The notes under the pieces are model-generated. The model was not told the origin of the DNA. It did not search any database and worked only from the letters and a program-made list of their open reading frames with translations. From the human T2T-CHM13v2.0 reference genome, Homo sapiens: DNA of 64,000 nucleotides. Within the stretch, counting starts at the first letter, position 1; each line of letters opens with the position of its first letter. Position numbers and translations under genes: made by a program. Below, piece after piece: positions 1-12,519 of the stretch. Location of the stretch: assembly GCF_009914755.1 (NCBI RefSeq), contig NC_060926.1; one strand, given 5' to 3'.

Positions 1-225
1 AACATTTATTGAGTACTTGCTTTGTCACGGGCAGCAATCAAAGCACTTTACACCAATTCACTTGTTAAATCCCCAAAATGGCACTATCATGTAGATACTA
101 TATTATTTCTATTTTACAGATGAGAAAACTGAGGCTTAGAGTGTTCCAAGGGCACAGTAAGCAGCAAAGCCCAAATTCAGACCCAAGTAGTTTCGCTCCA
201 GACACTGTGCTTTTAATCATTACAT
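1..225 (-). mobile_element. MIR SINE
   Basis: aacatttattgag...attttacagatgagaaaactgaggc is the reverse-complement MIR core. Confidence 0.8.
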
Positions 226-462
226 TATATGCTTGTATGATATCCAAGTCTGTTTAGATATGTATTCAAATATGTAAAATATACAACTTTTCATTTTGAG
301 ACTGCATATAAGCCCAAAATATATTCATGCAATATAGGTACAATACAATAAATAGTATAAAATAATGTCACAGTTTACCTTTTGCAACCAGTTAATGTTC
401 TAATGGCTATTGTATTCCTAAGACATTTTATGAGTAGTAGAATAAAGATATCTGTAGCTCTT

Positions 463-846
463 TGCAAGGGGTTGAATTGTGTCCCCTTAAATCCATATGT
501 TGATGTCTTAATCCTCAGTATCTTGGAAGGTGACTGTATTTGGAGATAAGGTCTATAAAGAGATAATTAAAATTAAATGAAGTCATCAGGTTGGGCCCAA
601 ATGCAATATGACTAGTGTCCTCATAAAGAGATTAGGACACAGATAGACACAGATGAAAGGCCATATGAACATATAGGGGGATGACAGCCATCTACAAGCC
701 AAGTGGAAGGACTCATAATGAAGCCAACCCTGCCTACACTTTGAGCTTGGATTTCTAGCCTCTACAACTGTGAAGAAATAAATCTCTTTCGTTTAAGCCA
801 CCCAGTCTGTGCCACTTTGTTATGGTAGCTTTAGCAAACTAGTATA
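463..846 (+). mobile_element. MLT1 (MLT1B-like) MaLR solo LTR
   Basis: Start gggttgaattgtgtcccc; end aaataaat...tttaagccacccagtctgt...ttgttatggtagc...aaacta, typical of MLT1A-C. Confidence 0.8.
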
Positions 847-854
847 AACTTAAT

Positions 855-1410
855 TGTGTCTAAGGATGAGAACACCACTCAATATCTGAAACCAAAAAGC
901 TGAATGTATAATACACTTAAGTGTGGAAGAATTATACTGGTCAGAGTTACCCATTGAGCAAATCCAATTGCTGATTTTATATCCAGTTTTTGTGAAGAGT
1001 TTACTTTGGATTGTGCTGGTTACAGAGGCAGGAGTTGGTTGAAGTCAGTTTTAGAAAAGTAGCTTCTATTGGTCAATGAGACTTTTTTTTTGCCAGTTAC
1101 AGAAGTAGAAAAAAGTTGATAATAGCATTAGAAACATGTTCACTGTAGTGAATCCTGAACCAGTTGGCTGACTTTCAAGTCGTGTCTGTTGTTATTTGAC
1201 TTTTACAGGAGTGCTCACTGAAGTTACTTGTCATTGATTAATTAGATAGGTTTAAAACCCACTCTGATTGTTTACTTGTAAGCAGGGCTGTAGAACTGTT
1301 GCTAATTGATTAGATGAGTTTATAACTAGTTCTGGTGCTTGTGAGCATGGATAGAGAACACTGAGTCTTTTCCTGGGAGAGTGGTGACTTTTAAAATTCT
1401 CAGCAGCCAA
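855..1410. mobile_element. Probable ancient LTR fragment, family not identified
   Basis: Recurrent degenerate CCAAT/ATTGG-like motifs (ctattggtcaat, cattgattaattagat, ctctgattg, ctaattgattagat) resembling old LTR U3 sequence. Confidence 0.3.
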
Positions 1411-1699
1411 CAAAAATTAATAGGTATAACAAGGAATAGAGAAAAAGCTACAAATTAATCTATAAATAACAATATCCCTTACTTGTGTAGGCATTATGTT
1501 AATTGCTTTACATAAATTTCTCCCACTGTAAATGGAGATTTAAAATATTACTAATTTCCTATGGTAGAGATGAAAAGAATTGCTATACGCAAAGTACTTA
1601 GTAAAGTGTTTATACGAATAAGAGATAGTATCAATAATTTTCCAATAAGCTGAGTTTTAAACTCTGCAACTTCACTCAAATATCACATTCTTAACCACC

Positions 1700-2122
1700 A
1701 CAATAATAATAAAATGCATATATATTATGGTTTCATTTATATGAACTAAGGTAGATACATGAGACAGTGAGGAAAGGGGATTGTATATGTATGAACTAGT
1801 CCATGAAATATACAACAAACATGATTTATGGTAGTTGCCTCTGGAGGTGGCCTAAAATGGGAGACTAACTTTTCATTGGAGAGTGTTTTGTAATATTTGA
1901 CTTTACAACCATATTTTTATATTTCCTTTCTCAATAAAATATAGTTAATAAAAATTGTAGGGATGTTTTTACTAAGAAGGGCATGAGAGAATGTTTTGGA
2001 ATGCTGGAAACATTTCATATCGCAATCTGAATAACAATTACACAGATATATACACAGATAAAAATGTATTGAGGTAAGCCCCTAAGATTTATGCATTTTA
2101 GTGTATGTAAATTATATGTCAC
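1700..2122 (+). mobile_element. Old L1M (L1MC/MD/ME-type) 3' end fragments
   Basis: ggtagttgcctctgg...gggcatgagagaatgttttggaatgctggaaa...aagatttatgcatttt..tgtatgtaaattata, a typical L1M 3'UTR. Confidence 0.6.
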
Positions 2123-2478
2123 TGATATGGTTTGGCTCTGAGTCTCCACCCAAATCTCATCTCAAATTACAATCCTCATAATCCCCATGTGTCGAGGGGA
2201 GACCTGGTGGAAGGTGATTGGATCGTGGGGGCAGTGTCCCCCATGCTGTTCTCATGATAGTGAGTGAGTTAACATGAGATCTGATGGTTTTATAAGCATC
2301 TGGCCTTTTCCCTGCTTGCACTTCTCTCTTGCCTGCTGCCATGTAAGACATGCCTGCTTCCCCTTCTGCCATGATTGTAAGTTTCCTGAGGCTTCCCCAG
2401 GAAAATTAAACCTTTTTTCTCTATAAATTACCCAGTCTCAGGTATTGCTTTATAGCAGTGTGAAAATGGACTAATACA
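2123..2478 (+). mobile_element. THE1 (THE1D-like) MaLR solo LTR
   Basis: TGATATGGTTTGGCT start, GGACTAATACA end, 5-bp TSD gtcac/atcac; inserted in the L1M tail. Confidence 0.9.
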
Positions 2479-2522
2479 ATCACTAATATAAAAATTGATT
2501 TAACATATCAAAAAGGCATTTT

Positions 2523-3046
2523 TTTTGTTTTCTCTGACATTTAATTTATTTCATTTGTTTAACTTTTAGGTTCAGGGGTACATGTGCAGGTTTATTATAT
2601 AGGTAAATTGCATGTCACAGGGATTTGGTGTACAGATTATTTCATCACCCATGTAATACGCATAGTACCTGATAAGTAGTTTTTCAATACTCGTCTTTCT
2701 CCCACCTTCCACCCTCATGTGGGCCCTGATGTCTTTTGTTCCCTTCTTTGGGTCTATGTGTACTCAATGTTTACCTCCCACTTAAATACCAAAACATGTG
2801 GTATTTCGTTTTCTGTTCCTTGTTGCTATGTTAGTTCACTTAAGATAATGACCTCCAGCTCTATCCATGGTCCTGCAAAGGACATGATCTCATTCTTTTT
2901 TACGCCTGAATAGTATTCATGGTGTATATGTAGCACTTTTTTTCTTCATCCAGTCTACCATTGATGGGAATTTAGATTGATTTCATGTCATTGCTATTAT
3001 TAATAGTGCTGCAGTGAACATATGGGTGCATGTGTCTTTATGGTAG
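2523..3046 (-). mobile_element. 5'-truncated L1PA (L1PA15/16-like) 3' end
   Basis: ttcaggggtacatgtgcaggtt...tacagattatttcatcaccca is reverse L1 3'UTR. TSD aaaggcatttt at 2512-2522 and 3047-3057 in a TT|AAAA endonuclease context. Confidence 0.85.
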
Positions 3047-3409
3047 AAAGGCATTTTAAAATCTAGCCTTGGAGGAAAAAAAATGAGTCAAGTGGACTCA
3101 CTTCATATTTTTGTCTTAAAATTTTTTCAAAAGAATATGGAATTCATTGATTAAGTAAGTCATTATAATGAGAAAGGAAATTCATAAGCATTAGCACTTT
3201 AATGATTTTAGTGATAATATGCTTGGCTACTTATTTTATGATTTAATTTTGGCCTAATTTTTAAGAGTTTTAAAGGTTTTTTTGTCTGAAATATGACTTT
3301 TGATGAGTATTACTTAATTTTTTTTTCAAATTTTCACATGACACTATTGACACTAAAAAGACTTTTACTATTTTGAGGGAACAAGCTTAATCTTTATACA
3401 TAGGGTTCA

Positions 3410-3810
3410 CGGTCAGTCAGGCTAGGCTAGCTTGTGTTATGGTAAAAAACAACCTCCAATTCTCACAACATGTGTGTCCTGCTTCAGTTCTATGTCCTTC
3501 ATGGGTTGGAAGATGGGTGTGGGGCATTCCTGCTGGTCTTCCCAGGGATCCAGGTGGATCTCTCAGCCATGACCTTGAATGTTGTTTGTTTCTGCCAGAG
3601 GGAAAAGGGACTCCTGGAGGGCATTTGCACCTATCATTAACTGCTGAAAATGCGAAGTTGGGAAGAGCCTGAGAGGAGTATTCTATGTCATTTCCATTCA
3701 CCACTCTTAAGCCAGAACTCATTACATGGTCTCTCATAAGCCCATGGAGGGTTAGGAGGTGCGTATCTACCCAGAAAGGAGGAATATTGGAAAGATTTGG
3801 CAAACAGCCT
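3410..3810 (-). mobile_element. Old MLT1 (J/K/L-like) LTR
   Basis: tcagtcaggctaggcta...taaaaaacaacctccaattctca...gccagaactcattacatgg motifs. Confidence 0.6.
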
Positions 3811-3842
3811 CACTCACTCCATCTTCTTGCACATAAAGGGCT

Positions 3843-4048
3843 AGGGGACTTTGGAATCAGGCAAAACTGGAAAAGTGTCATGACTCTGCCACTTTTTATT
3901 TGTGGGTTAGATGCCACTGTTTTCATCTCTAGAATGTGAATTACAATAGTACCTATCTCCTAGCATTGCTGTGAGGATTAAATATGATAACAACTGTAAA
4001 ACATTTAGCATAATGCTTTAGGTATGTAATAAACACTTGATGAATGTA
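3843..4048 (+). mobile_element. MIR SINE
   Basis: aatagtacctatctcctag..ttgctgtgaggattaaat MIR 3' half. Confidence 0.75.
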
Positions 4049-4539
4049 AAGCTGCATCCTCCACCTGGAATCACCATTTCCCTATAGTTGTTTAAAATGT
4101 TAATAGGCAATGGAAAAGTCAATGGGTGAATATGCTCCCGGGTTAGAACTACACTGAAGCAAAGGTGTTGGGGAATAAGAAAGTGCACGCATTTCATGTC
4201 ATGACTGATCAGAATGAAAATAAATATTGAGAAGACTAAGCTATTTGTCCAATAATAAAGCATATCTGGTGAGGGTGGTTTTTTTTTTTTTTTTTTTTGC
4301 AATTTCATTTATAATCTCCATGTAAGTGTGCTTACTTTTTCATTCAATAACTGTATCGTATCTTACCAGAGATGTCTTAGGCCTTGGGGATGAGAAGACG
4401 GAGGAGTGGATGAGTTTGTCTTGTGGAGCGTAATTTTAGAGGCAGGAGACTACAATAAATAAGGAGAAAAATTCATGAAGTAATTTTGTTAATGAGGAGT
4501 GATATGAAGGAAACAAAATGGGGTGACCTATTTGTCAAG

Positions 4540-5612
4540 TATTGGCATCTGTGAATATAATTGAACCCTGAAATATCAGGGATGTGACACAGTGGAAGCT
4601 CAGTTCTCATTCATGGACTACCCAATTGTAAGGTCCCGAATGGCAGCTTTTCTCTCTGTGGTGGTTGAGAAACCCAGGTTCCTTCCAGTTTATGCTGCCT
4701 CATCATCTAGAGGCCTTCTGCGTATAGCCTGCAAAGAACGGAAAATCAGGAGTTTGGCAGATTATGGTGGATATTTTCTAAGGGCCAGGCCTATGTTGGA
4801 CTTACTTCACAACTGTCTGTGTTAGCAGTGGAAGAGATCAGAGTTACCCTGATTTACCGACGGCAAATCCATAGGTGTCTGGAGCAAATTCAGCCTTTGC
4901 CTGCTCAGAAGAAAGAATTCGACTGAGGGGCATAAAGCAGAAAAAGAGACCGAGACCGGGGCAAGTTCCAGAACAGGAAGAGGAGTTTATTTTAAAAGGC
5001 TTTAGAATAGGAAAGAAAGGAAAATTCGTTTGGAAGAGACCTAAGCGGGCTCATGAAGGATCAAGGGAGAAAAGGGAGCAAAAAAAGGGAGGCCTTTAAC
5101 CTTGTTGCTAGGACTTCATGGGCTTGCCTCTTTCCCATGATTCTTCGCGTAGGGTGGGCTTCCCGCATGCGCAGTGTTTTCCTTACCCTTTGGAATTGAG
5201 CACAGGCATGCAGTGTGTTTAGGGAGGTATATGCATGCCCATCTGAGGTTTTTTCCTTTCTCCAGTGGCATGTGCCCCCCAGAATGTCATACTTCACCGT
5301 TTTGTCTCTTAACACACATGCCCAAGAAGCTGCTTCTCCCTGGGGCCTGCATTCAATTAACACTTTAATGTTCACAAGCGTGGACCATCAGGAGATTGTC
5401 TCTCTCTGGCTAATAGATTAAATATCATTTTTAGAGAGGCAATATTGTGGAACCATCACCCAACATTTCAGTGGGTGATGGGAGAGGCTTCTCCTGCCCA
5501 GCTCTTGCCTAACTACCTGTAGCACCTGCATTTCACTGAGCAGAACTCAGTCACATGGCCACACCTGACCTCTAGTCTGGCTGTGTGCCCAGGAGGAAAA
5601 ATAAAAGTGTTT
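4540..5612 (-). mobile_element. Old MLT1 LTR split by the MER50 insertion
   Basis: gcagaactcagtcacatggccacacct...tagtctggctgtgtgcccagga resumes at 5525, directly after the MER50 end. Confidence 0.55.
4820..5524 (-). mobile_element. MER50-like ERV1 solo LTR
   Basis: TG...CA termini, gaaagaattcgactgaggggcataa..gcagaa..gagaccgag core, end cctaactacctgtagca, 4-bp TSD tctg/cctg. Confidence 0.8.
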
Positions 5613-6098
5613 CATGAAACAGTTTCTGCTACTCTAATGACTGGTTGTAAGAGAGACGTCAGGAAATTAGATCTCAGACAGCATGAAAAAGGTTGTGTTT
5701 GAGTTGAAAGCAGCATGGGAAGGATAAGGACATGTGTATATCTAGATGAGAACATCTGCAATAAAGGAAACAGAAAGCACAAAGGCGGGAGCATTCCAGG
5801 CAGTTAGAAAACAGGAAGGCCAGTGTGACAGCTGTATGTTCTTGTATCTAACTGTACTTAGAGTTATTATCCTGACAGTACAAAGGAGGTGTCTGGATCA
5901 GATATCAAACCATTTACTCAGAGAGAAGACTGTTTATTTTCTATTCCTCAATTCCTTATGTAGGGGGCAGGGAGGGCTGGGTGAGAACCGGGTGTACCTT
6001 GTGGGTACAGAAGGAAAGGGGTTATGTACCACGAGAAAGGAAACCCCAAACCATGAAACTCAATTTTCTTTCTTCCCTCTGGGGAGTGGGGGTTGGAG

Positions 6099-6154
6099 GG
6101 AGAGAGGGAAACAGAGAGAGAGAGAGACAGTGAGAGAGGGAGGGAGAGAGAGAG
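6099..6154 (+). repeat. GA-rich simple repeat
   Basis: Imperfect (GA)n/(GGGA)n run. Confidence 0.85.
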
Positions 6155-6399
6155 AACATTAAAGAAACCTTTGCTCTGAAATCTAAACAAATCTTCCCAA
6201 AAAGAAGGAAAGCATCGGTTTGCAATCCTTGGATGTGAAAGAATGCCTCAGGGTGAGATGTCCCTGTATCTCCCCAGGGGTCTCTATCTTTAGGGTTGCT
6301 ATTCAGTCATTCTTTAACTCAGGTGCCAGAACTCTGCTTAGAAAGCCCTGACCATGAAGAAATATGAAAATATTCGAGGAACACAGTGAAAAGGAAGAG

Positions 6400-6870
6400 T
6401 GGTAAAGGATGAGGTCAGATACAGAGACAAGAGCCGAACAATATAGGGCCTTAAGACACAGGCAGAGAGTTTGGAGTTCTTTTAGTGCAATGATAATTTT
6501 TTGGTTGGCTGTATGCAGGAGCGTGACATGGTCTGATTCAGCTTTTGTTGTTTGCTCTAGTGGCGGTGAAGGGGATGACTGGGAGTGGGGTGGAGTGGGA
6601 GAAGGAGGCTCCTGCCATAGTCAGGGTCTGTAGGATGATGGCCTGCCCCCAGAGTGGTGATAGTGGCAAGGGATGAAGCTGGGCAGAGTAGGGCTGTATT
6701 TTGAAGAAAGACTTGTAGTAGATAAGGGTTGGGGCTGGAGTGGGGGAAGAAAAAGAGGTATTCTTATTCCCAGGTTTTTGGTTGCCTTGGTTTGTTTGTT
6801 TGAGCAGCTGGTGATGCCATTTATATGTATAAAGATTTCGTGAAGATCAAAATAGACAGTTGGGAAGTAG
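6400..6870 (-). mobile_element. L2 LINE fragment (further pieces near 4335-4520 and 5720-5830)
   Basis: gatgaggtcaga...gtgacatggtctgattc...tattttgaag...tcccaggtttttgg..tgagcagctgg typical of reverse L2. Confidence 0.65.
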
Positions 6871-6909
6871 TAAATCAACAAGTCTTCTTTTGCTTATTAT
6901 GTCTGACGT

Positions 6910-7378
6910 GCTGCATCAGACAGGTCACCAGCAGGAAAGAGGGGACTCACGGAGTAAGCTCAAGTTTAATGTTTACAGAGGTATGGGCGGCATTAAGGGA
7001 GCTAGCACAGCAGCCAGGGACTCGCAACAATGGGAAATCATCACTGCCCACTACCACTGTGTCTGAAAGGGGAGGGGAAGGAAAGCATTACTGGATGCAG
7101 TGTGCAAGTGGCCATGAGAAAGGATACAGGAGCTGTGGAATTTGGTAGAGAATAAGGCCACCGACATAATCACAGCTGAACGGGAGGTAGCAGAAGTGGC
7201 AATTTATCCATTCTCTCTTTGTGCTTATCCATATCCTACAGGCGCTTCCCTCTGGCTGAATCCAACCAGAGCCCAGAAGTCCTAAGAACATAGGCAATGT
7301 AGTTAGTAGAGAGCCTGGCATAGGGCGGGGCAGAGCCATGCGGAGAATGAATCTGAGGGCAACAGAACAAACAGCACC
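6910..7378 (-). mobile_element. ERVL-class solo LTR (LTR33-like)
   Basis: tgcatcagacaggtcaccagcaggaaa...tttacagaggtatgggc..ttaaggga...ggctgaatccaaccagagcccag motifs. Confidence 0.6.
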
Positions 7379-7489
7379 CATGTCCACAAGAGCTCTTTAA
7401 GAAGGCAAATAGACATTCAAAGTTGGAACTCAGGGAGAAGTAAGGGTGGATATGTCAACTGGAAAATATTCAGCATTTCAATAGTATAT

Positions 7490-7760
7490 GACAAATATTA
7501 AGAGCCAATATTTGTCAGGCCCTTACTCTGTGCTAGGCAACATACCAACATTTCCTGTGCATTATTATCTCAATTAATTCTCCTAACAAAGCTATAGGTT
7601 AAATGCCATTATCTCATTGTACATATCAGGCAACTGAAGCACAGTAAAGCAAAGCAATTTGTTTAAGGTCACACAGCTATTAGGTGGCAGATCCAAAAAT
7701 TAAATGTGGCCATTTCTACCCCCAGGGTCAGTGATAGAGATCATTATTACACACAGCTTC
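7490..7760 (-). mobile_element. MIR SINE
   Basis: aactgaagcacag...aaggtcacacagctattaggtggcag. Confidence 0.75.
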
Positions 7761-8969
7761 TCTGTCTGAATCAAATGCTGGAGCAATGCATATTGGGTCA
7801 CATTATTATTATTTTTTTTGTAAACTCTTCTTTCTTTTTTATTTTTTCTCCTTTTGAAAGACAACTATTCTGACAAGAATTCATCAAAGAAGAGATTCCA
7901 AATTTTAATGTCCCAGTTTGAGTATTGCTTTTGATTAAGGCTGTTTGCAGACTAGAATGTTAGTAACCCTCACATTCCCTATACCACAAAAAGAGGAGAT
8001 TCACTTTTATCTTGGGAACAAAGCTGTGTAGAAAAGCTTTTTAAACTTATTTTAATTCATGAAACATTTATCTTCGAGTCAGGTTTTGTTATAGCAGCAC
8101 AAATGTGGTCCGTCAGCATTTCCTTTATAACCCCATATTTCCAGGGTTTTTCAAGAGTGCCATAGAGATTCTACTTTGAATTAAAACTTGGCATTCAGAA
8201 TTTGAAAAAAAAAGCTACTACACTTTTCATTACCAATTAATCAAATAGTTTAGCGATTCTCAAGTTAGAAAAGGACCAAATGCAAAACTTTCATTAATAC
8301 AAAAATATTTTAAGACAATTTGCTAATTTATATCTTTGTAAAAATATTACCACTCAGTATACAAGTATTAATATTACATCACTGTATATTAGTTCTCAAA
8401 ATTAACCAAAAAATTTCTAAGATAATATAAAAAACTATGACATCTTATGCTTTGCCTTTTTGGCTTTGTAAGTAATTTATTTCTATTTTGAGAATTGGGA
8501 TGATTTGAAGTTCTTAGCATAATTGGTTTAAAGTTATAACAGTGTCAAGATACTGAGCCATAATAACAAGGATGGTTGAGATTCTGAGAGAGTATCAAAG
8601 TGTTTCAATTTATTTTTGTGAAATTTAAATTTATGTGGGGAAATTTTGCACTCTGTGAACAAAGATTTGTAGCATGAATTGATTCTTTAAATTGATATTT
8701 GGAAGTTAACTTGCTGAGTACAATGACGATAATGAGGACCAAGTAGAGATTAGTTTAGTTATAAAGCCTTTCCAACTTTGCTTGGTTCAGAGATACTCCA
8801 TGAATGGCCAATAACAGTGAGGGGCATCATGATGATCTACCTTTGGTAGCTCATTTTGCAATCTCTTCTGTAATCTCTCCCAGCCTTCAAAGATTTAAGG
8901 TTAAATAAATACAAGGTAGTGAATGAGAGTAGATGAAGACTTTTGAGTGAATCTACTCTTCTGACTGAC

Positions 8970-9532
8970 TTCTTTCCAGCCACACTGGCTTCCTTGTTGT
9001 TCCAGAAATGTGTGAGGCAAACATCTACTTGGAGACATTTGCTCTAGTTTTTCTTCCTACCTGGAACACTTTTCCTCCAGAAAAACTCCCTTCCTATACT
9101 TTGGCTATACTCCCTTACTATACTTTCATTGGCTAACTCCCTTACTATACTTTCATTCTTGGCTAACTCCCTTACTATACTTTCATTCTTGGCTAACTCC
9201 CTTACTATACTTTCATTCTTTATTCAAACTTTATCTTCTGGGTGAAGCCAAACTGGATAACTCTACTTGATAATGTGATTTCCCTTAGTTCCCAAATCCC
9301 AAAATTCCTACTATTACTAACCCTGCCTGACAATTTCTTCTCTTCAGACTTATTATCTTCTAGTACATTTTATGCCTTTATCACAAAATGCCCATCTCCT
9401 CCACTAGAATATAAGGTCCGTGAGAATAAGGTTCTTTGTCTATTTGTTGACATATCCTAAGCACCTAGAATTGTGCCGACAAATATTAATTACTCAAAAA
9501 TATTTGTCGAATGAACAAATGGTTGAATGAAA
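8970..9532 (+). mobile_element. L2a 3' end containing a minisatellite
   Basis: ccagccacactggcttcctt...ccactagaatataaggtccgtgag...gcacctagaa...aaatatttgtcgaatgaa tail. Confidence 0.8.
9084..9220 (+). repeat. 30-bp minisatellite (ggctaactcccttactatactttcattctt) x3 perfect plus degenerate upstream copies
   Basis: Identical units at 9131-9160, 9161-9190 and 9191-9220; 28-bp variant at 9103-9130; partial copy at 9084-9102. Confidence 0.95.
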
Positions 9533-10362
9533 TCTGAATTTCCAAGCACATAGCAAGACTCTCCAAGCAATAGTCCACATATGACTTTCCCTTGTTCTAC
9601 AGAATTTGGGTTATTTCCCTACAAGAGTCAAGAATGCCCGTTGAACACTGGTGTTCAAAATGAAAGGCCCCACATTTAGATATTTAGATCCCTATTATAA
9701 TGTGTTATAGGTCCATCTTTCCCGGAAACATTTAAACTGAAGCTGGGATGTTTTTGTAGTTAATTTTAATTTTAGCTATTATTTGGATAAGTTAAATTGA
9801 ATGAATAGATGTGAAGTTTGGTTCTCACAAAACAAATGCTTATTCTGTATTTAAAAATGCCACTGTATATATTTTATAAATTTTTATACAGGTAATAATG
9901 TTAATGCTGAACTGTGAAAATTCAGGAGCTAAAATGTGATTCTATCATTTAAAAAGAAAAAGAGAGACCCCACTGCCTACCCCCAGCAGCAGTAGATATG
10001 CTGTGCTGAAAATAACAGCTTTCTAATAAGGGAGTTCTTAATAGTCTTTGGCCTCAGGGCTTGAAAGCTATGCTAATTGAGAAATGCAGCCACTTAGTGA
10101 GAGTTTACTACCAGCTCAGTGGTGTAAAAGCAACAACAGTAGAATTTCAGTGTAGATACCAGTACTATGGTATGCTCCCCGCTCTAGGTCTGTACTATTC
10201 TGAATAGTAGTTGATAGCAAAAGCTAGAATTTTCTATGGTGAGAATGTATTAATTCTGGGAGGAGGGGCTAAAAATTACTTTAAAACTTAAAAGCATCTT
10301 TGAATTCCTTTTTACGTTCCAAAAGAAATTTATTTGACTCTGTTTCTGCTTTGTCTTCCTAG

Positions 10363-10428
10363 GGTATATGTGAGCAGTCACTTTATGGTCACATGCATTC
10401 TATCAATGATGCCATTTTTGATCCCAGG
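10363..10428 (+). CDS. SPAG16: SPAG16 internal coding exon (66 nt, phase 0-0; probably exon 14), WD40 repeat segment GICEQSLYGHMHSINDAIFDPR
   Basis: Polypyrimidine tract and acceptor tgtttctgctttgtcttcctAG (10361-10362), donor GTaagt at 10429. 22 open codons with the WD40 GH motif, joining in frame to the 51287 exon. Peptide recognised as the SPAG16 C-terminal WD region. Too short to appear in the ORF track. Confidence 0.95.
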
Positions 10429-10603
10429 GTAAGTTCAGTTCTCCCAGTAAACTGTTTTTAATGCTTCATATATACAAATTCATTTTTATAAAACAAATTT
10501 CCAAGCTAAAATGGTAAGTTAATGAGGTGAGAAGAACAACTTTAGGAATTAGTTGTAAACAATAGGAAAAGTCTATAGGTATATAGGGTTGCAGAATTTT
10601 AAA

Positions 10604-10606
<3 letters not shown>

Positions 10607-10647
<41 letters not shown>

Positions 10648-10660
10648 CCCACACACACCC
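10607..10660 (+). repeat. (CA)19 microsatellite with degenerate tail
   Basis: Perfect CA run 10607-10644 followed by ccccccacacacaccc. Confidence 0.97.
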
Positions 10661-11061
10661 CAAGTCGTAGCAGGAGTGACAAGGAATTCTACTGTAGTCA
10701 ACTTTACTTAAACACATTTTTAAGAGCCTTTTGTCCAATTTGGGCTTCAAAAAAATAGGTGGGCTATAGACTGCATAAAATTTTAATGAAAAATCATTAA
10801 AATAACTATAATTGCTCTGTAATTTTTCTGTAAGAAAACCTGGAGAAGAAAAAGCAGTTAAAGAAAAAAGTTTTCTCCAATTTAGAACAGAACAGCTTTG
10901 ATTTGACAGCTTTTTAATTACTCATGGAAAAGTTTCAAATATGTCCTTCTTCATAAAAACTGATGACAAAACAAAAATATTTTATCTGCCACTTGAGGTA
11001 TTCATTCAGGTGTAAGGATGATTTCACAAACAATGAAAATTGTTGGAGAGTCCTTTGAGTT

Positions 11062-11419
11062 TTCTGTGGTTTGAATGTATCCCTCCAAGTTTATGTGTCG
11101 CAAACTTAATCCCCAATGCAAGAGTGTTTGGAGGTGGAGCCTTATAGGAGATGTTTAGGTCATGACACTGGCGCCCTCCCTCCTGAATGGGTTAATGTCT
11201 TTGAAGGAAGTTGAAGCTGCAAGTTCAGTCTTTTTGCTCTCTTGCTCTTTTTCCTCCCTCCTTCTGTTATGGGATGACACAGCACAAAGGCCTTCATGAA
11301 ATGATGGTGCCATGCTCTGGGACTTCCCAGCCTCCAGAACTGTGAGAAATAAATTTATTTTCTTTAAAGTTATCCAGTTTGTGGTTTTCTGTAATAGCAA
11401 CAGAAAATGGATTAAGACA
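11062..11419 (+). mobile_element. MST-family (MSTC/MSTD-like) MaLR solo LTR
   Basis: ctgtggtttgaatgt...aacttaatccccaatgcaa...tggacttcccagcctccagaactgtgagaaataaa...ggattaagaca. Confidence 0.8.
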
Positions 11420-12519
11420 GTTGCCACGTGAATTAAGGATGTCTTTAAAAGGGTTCAGATAGTAATCAAAGAAGGATGATTTAAGTCTGTTCTCAGATGA
11501 AAGAGATTTGACTACATAGATGACCTCTCAGGTTCATTTAAACTCTATGATTTAATTATATCTAACATTTTGGTTGTCTCAAAGTTCCCAGTAGAGTGAG
11601 AATCTTAATTCCAAATTCCACTTCTTTTCCAATTAGCTATAAAAGAAATCTGATGGATTACTTACATCTAACATCACAATGATAGCATAGTCAAAATTCT
11701 GTTACCATCCTGCTAGTATCATTCTTTTAGAAAGAGGAAAAATGCTCACTAAAAATTATATCTACTAAGGGAATGTTGATTGCTCCAATTGAAGTTGTGC
11801 TTGTGTCATTGTCAGGCCTGGGAATTTTAATGATGGGCTCAACCAAAATTACATTTTAATAGATTGGTCTTTGTAAGAAATATTCTATCTAATTTTCTGT
11901 AGTGAGCCAATTAGTTGGAAAGTATTATAGATTAGTTCTAGATACCAAGGAATATTTTATTTCCAGCAGGGTATGGAAAAATTTAAGCACTATGGACCCA
12001 TTATGAAATAGAATATAGTTTTATGCTGAAAGTCCATTAAGTGGCGTATAGCTTCACATGCCCTACAAAAATTAAATGGGAGCTGAAATGAATAATATTT
12101 TGTAAATCAGGCATTTTATTTTGGCAAGCAATATAATAACTGCAAAAGACAGCATTTTACATTCTAAATATTAAACTTAATAAATATGGAAATAAGCAAA
12201 TTAGATTTATTGAATTAGCAATCAAGAGAGACATACATTAATTTCCCATATTTCAAAGGGCAAGATAACAGATATGAGGTTTAGGTGTCCAATATCAAAG
12301 TAGCTAATTTTTTTTATTATTATACTTTAAGGTCTAGGGTACATGTGCACAACATGCAGGTTTGTTACATAGGTATACATGTGCCATGTTGGTTTCCTGC
12401 ATCCATCAACTCATCATTTACATTAGGTACTTCTCCTAATGCTATCCCTCCCCCAGCCCCCACCCCTGACAGGCCCCAGTGTGTGATGTTCCCCACCCTA
12501 TGTCCAAGTGTTCTCATTG

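Noticed and set aside
3417-7387. Many 60-138 aa ORFs
   Set aside because: They coincide with LTR, L2 and GA-repeat sequence; chance ORFs with low-complexity translations.
9084-9220. CRISPR-like array
   Set aside because: Units are directly adjacent with no unique spacers, in a eukaryotic L2 context; it is a minisatellite.
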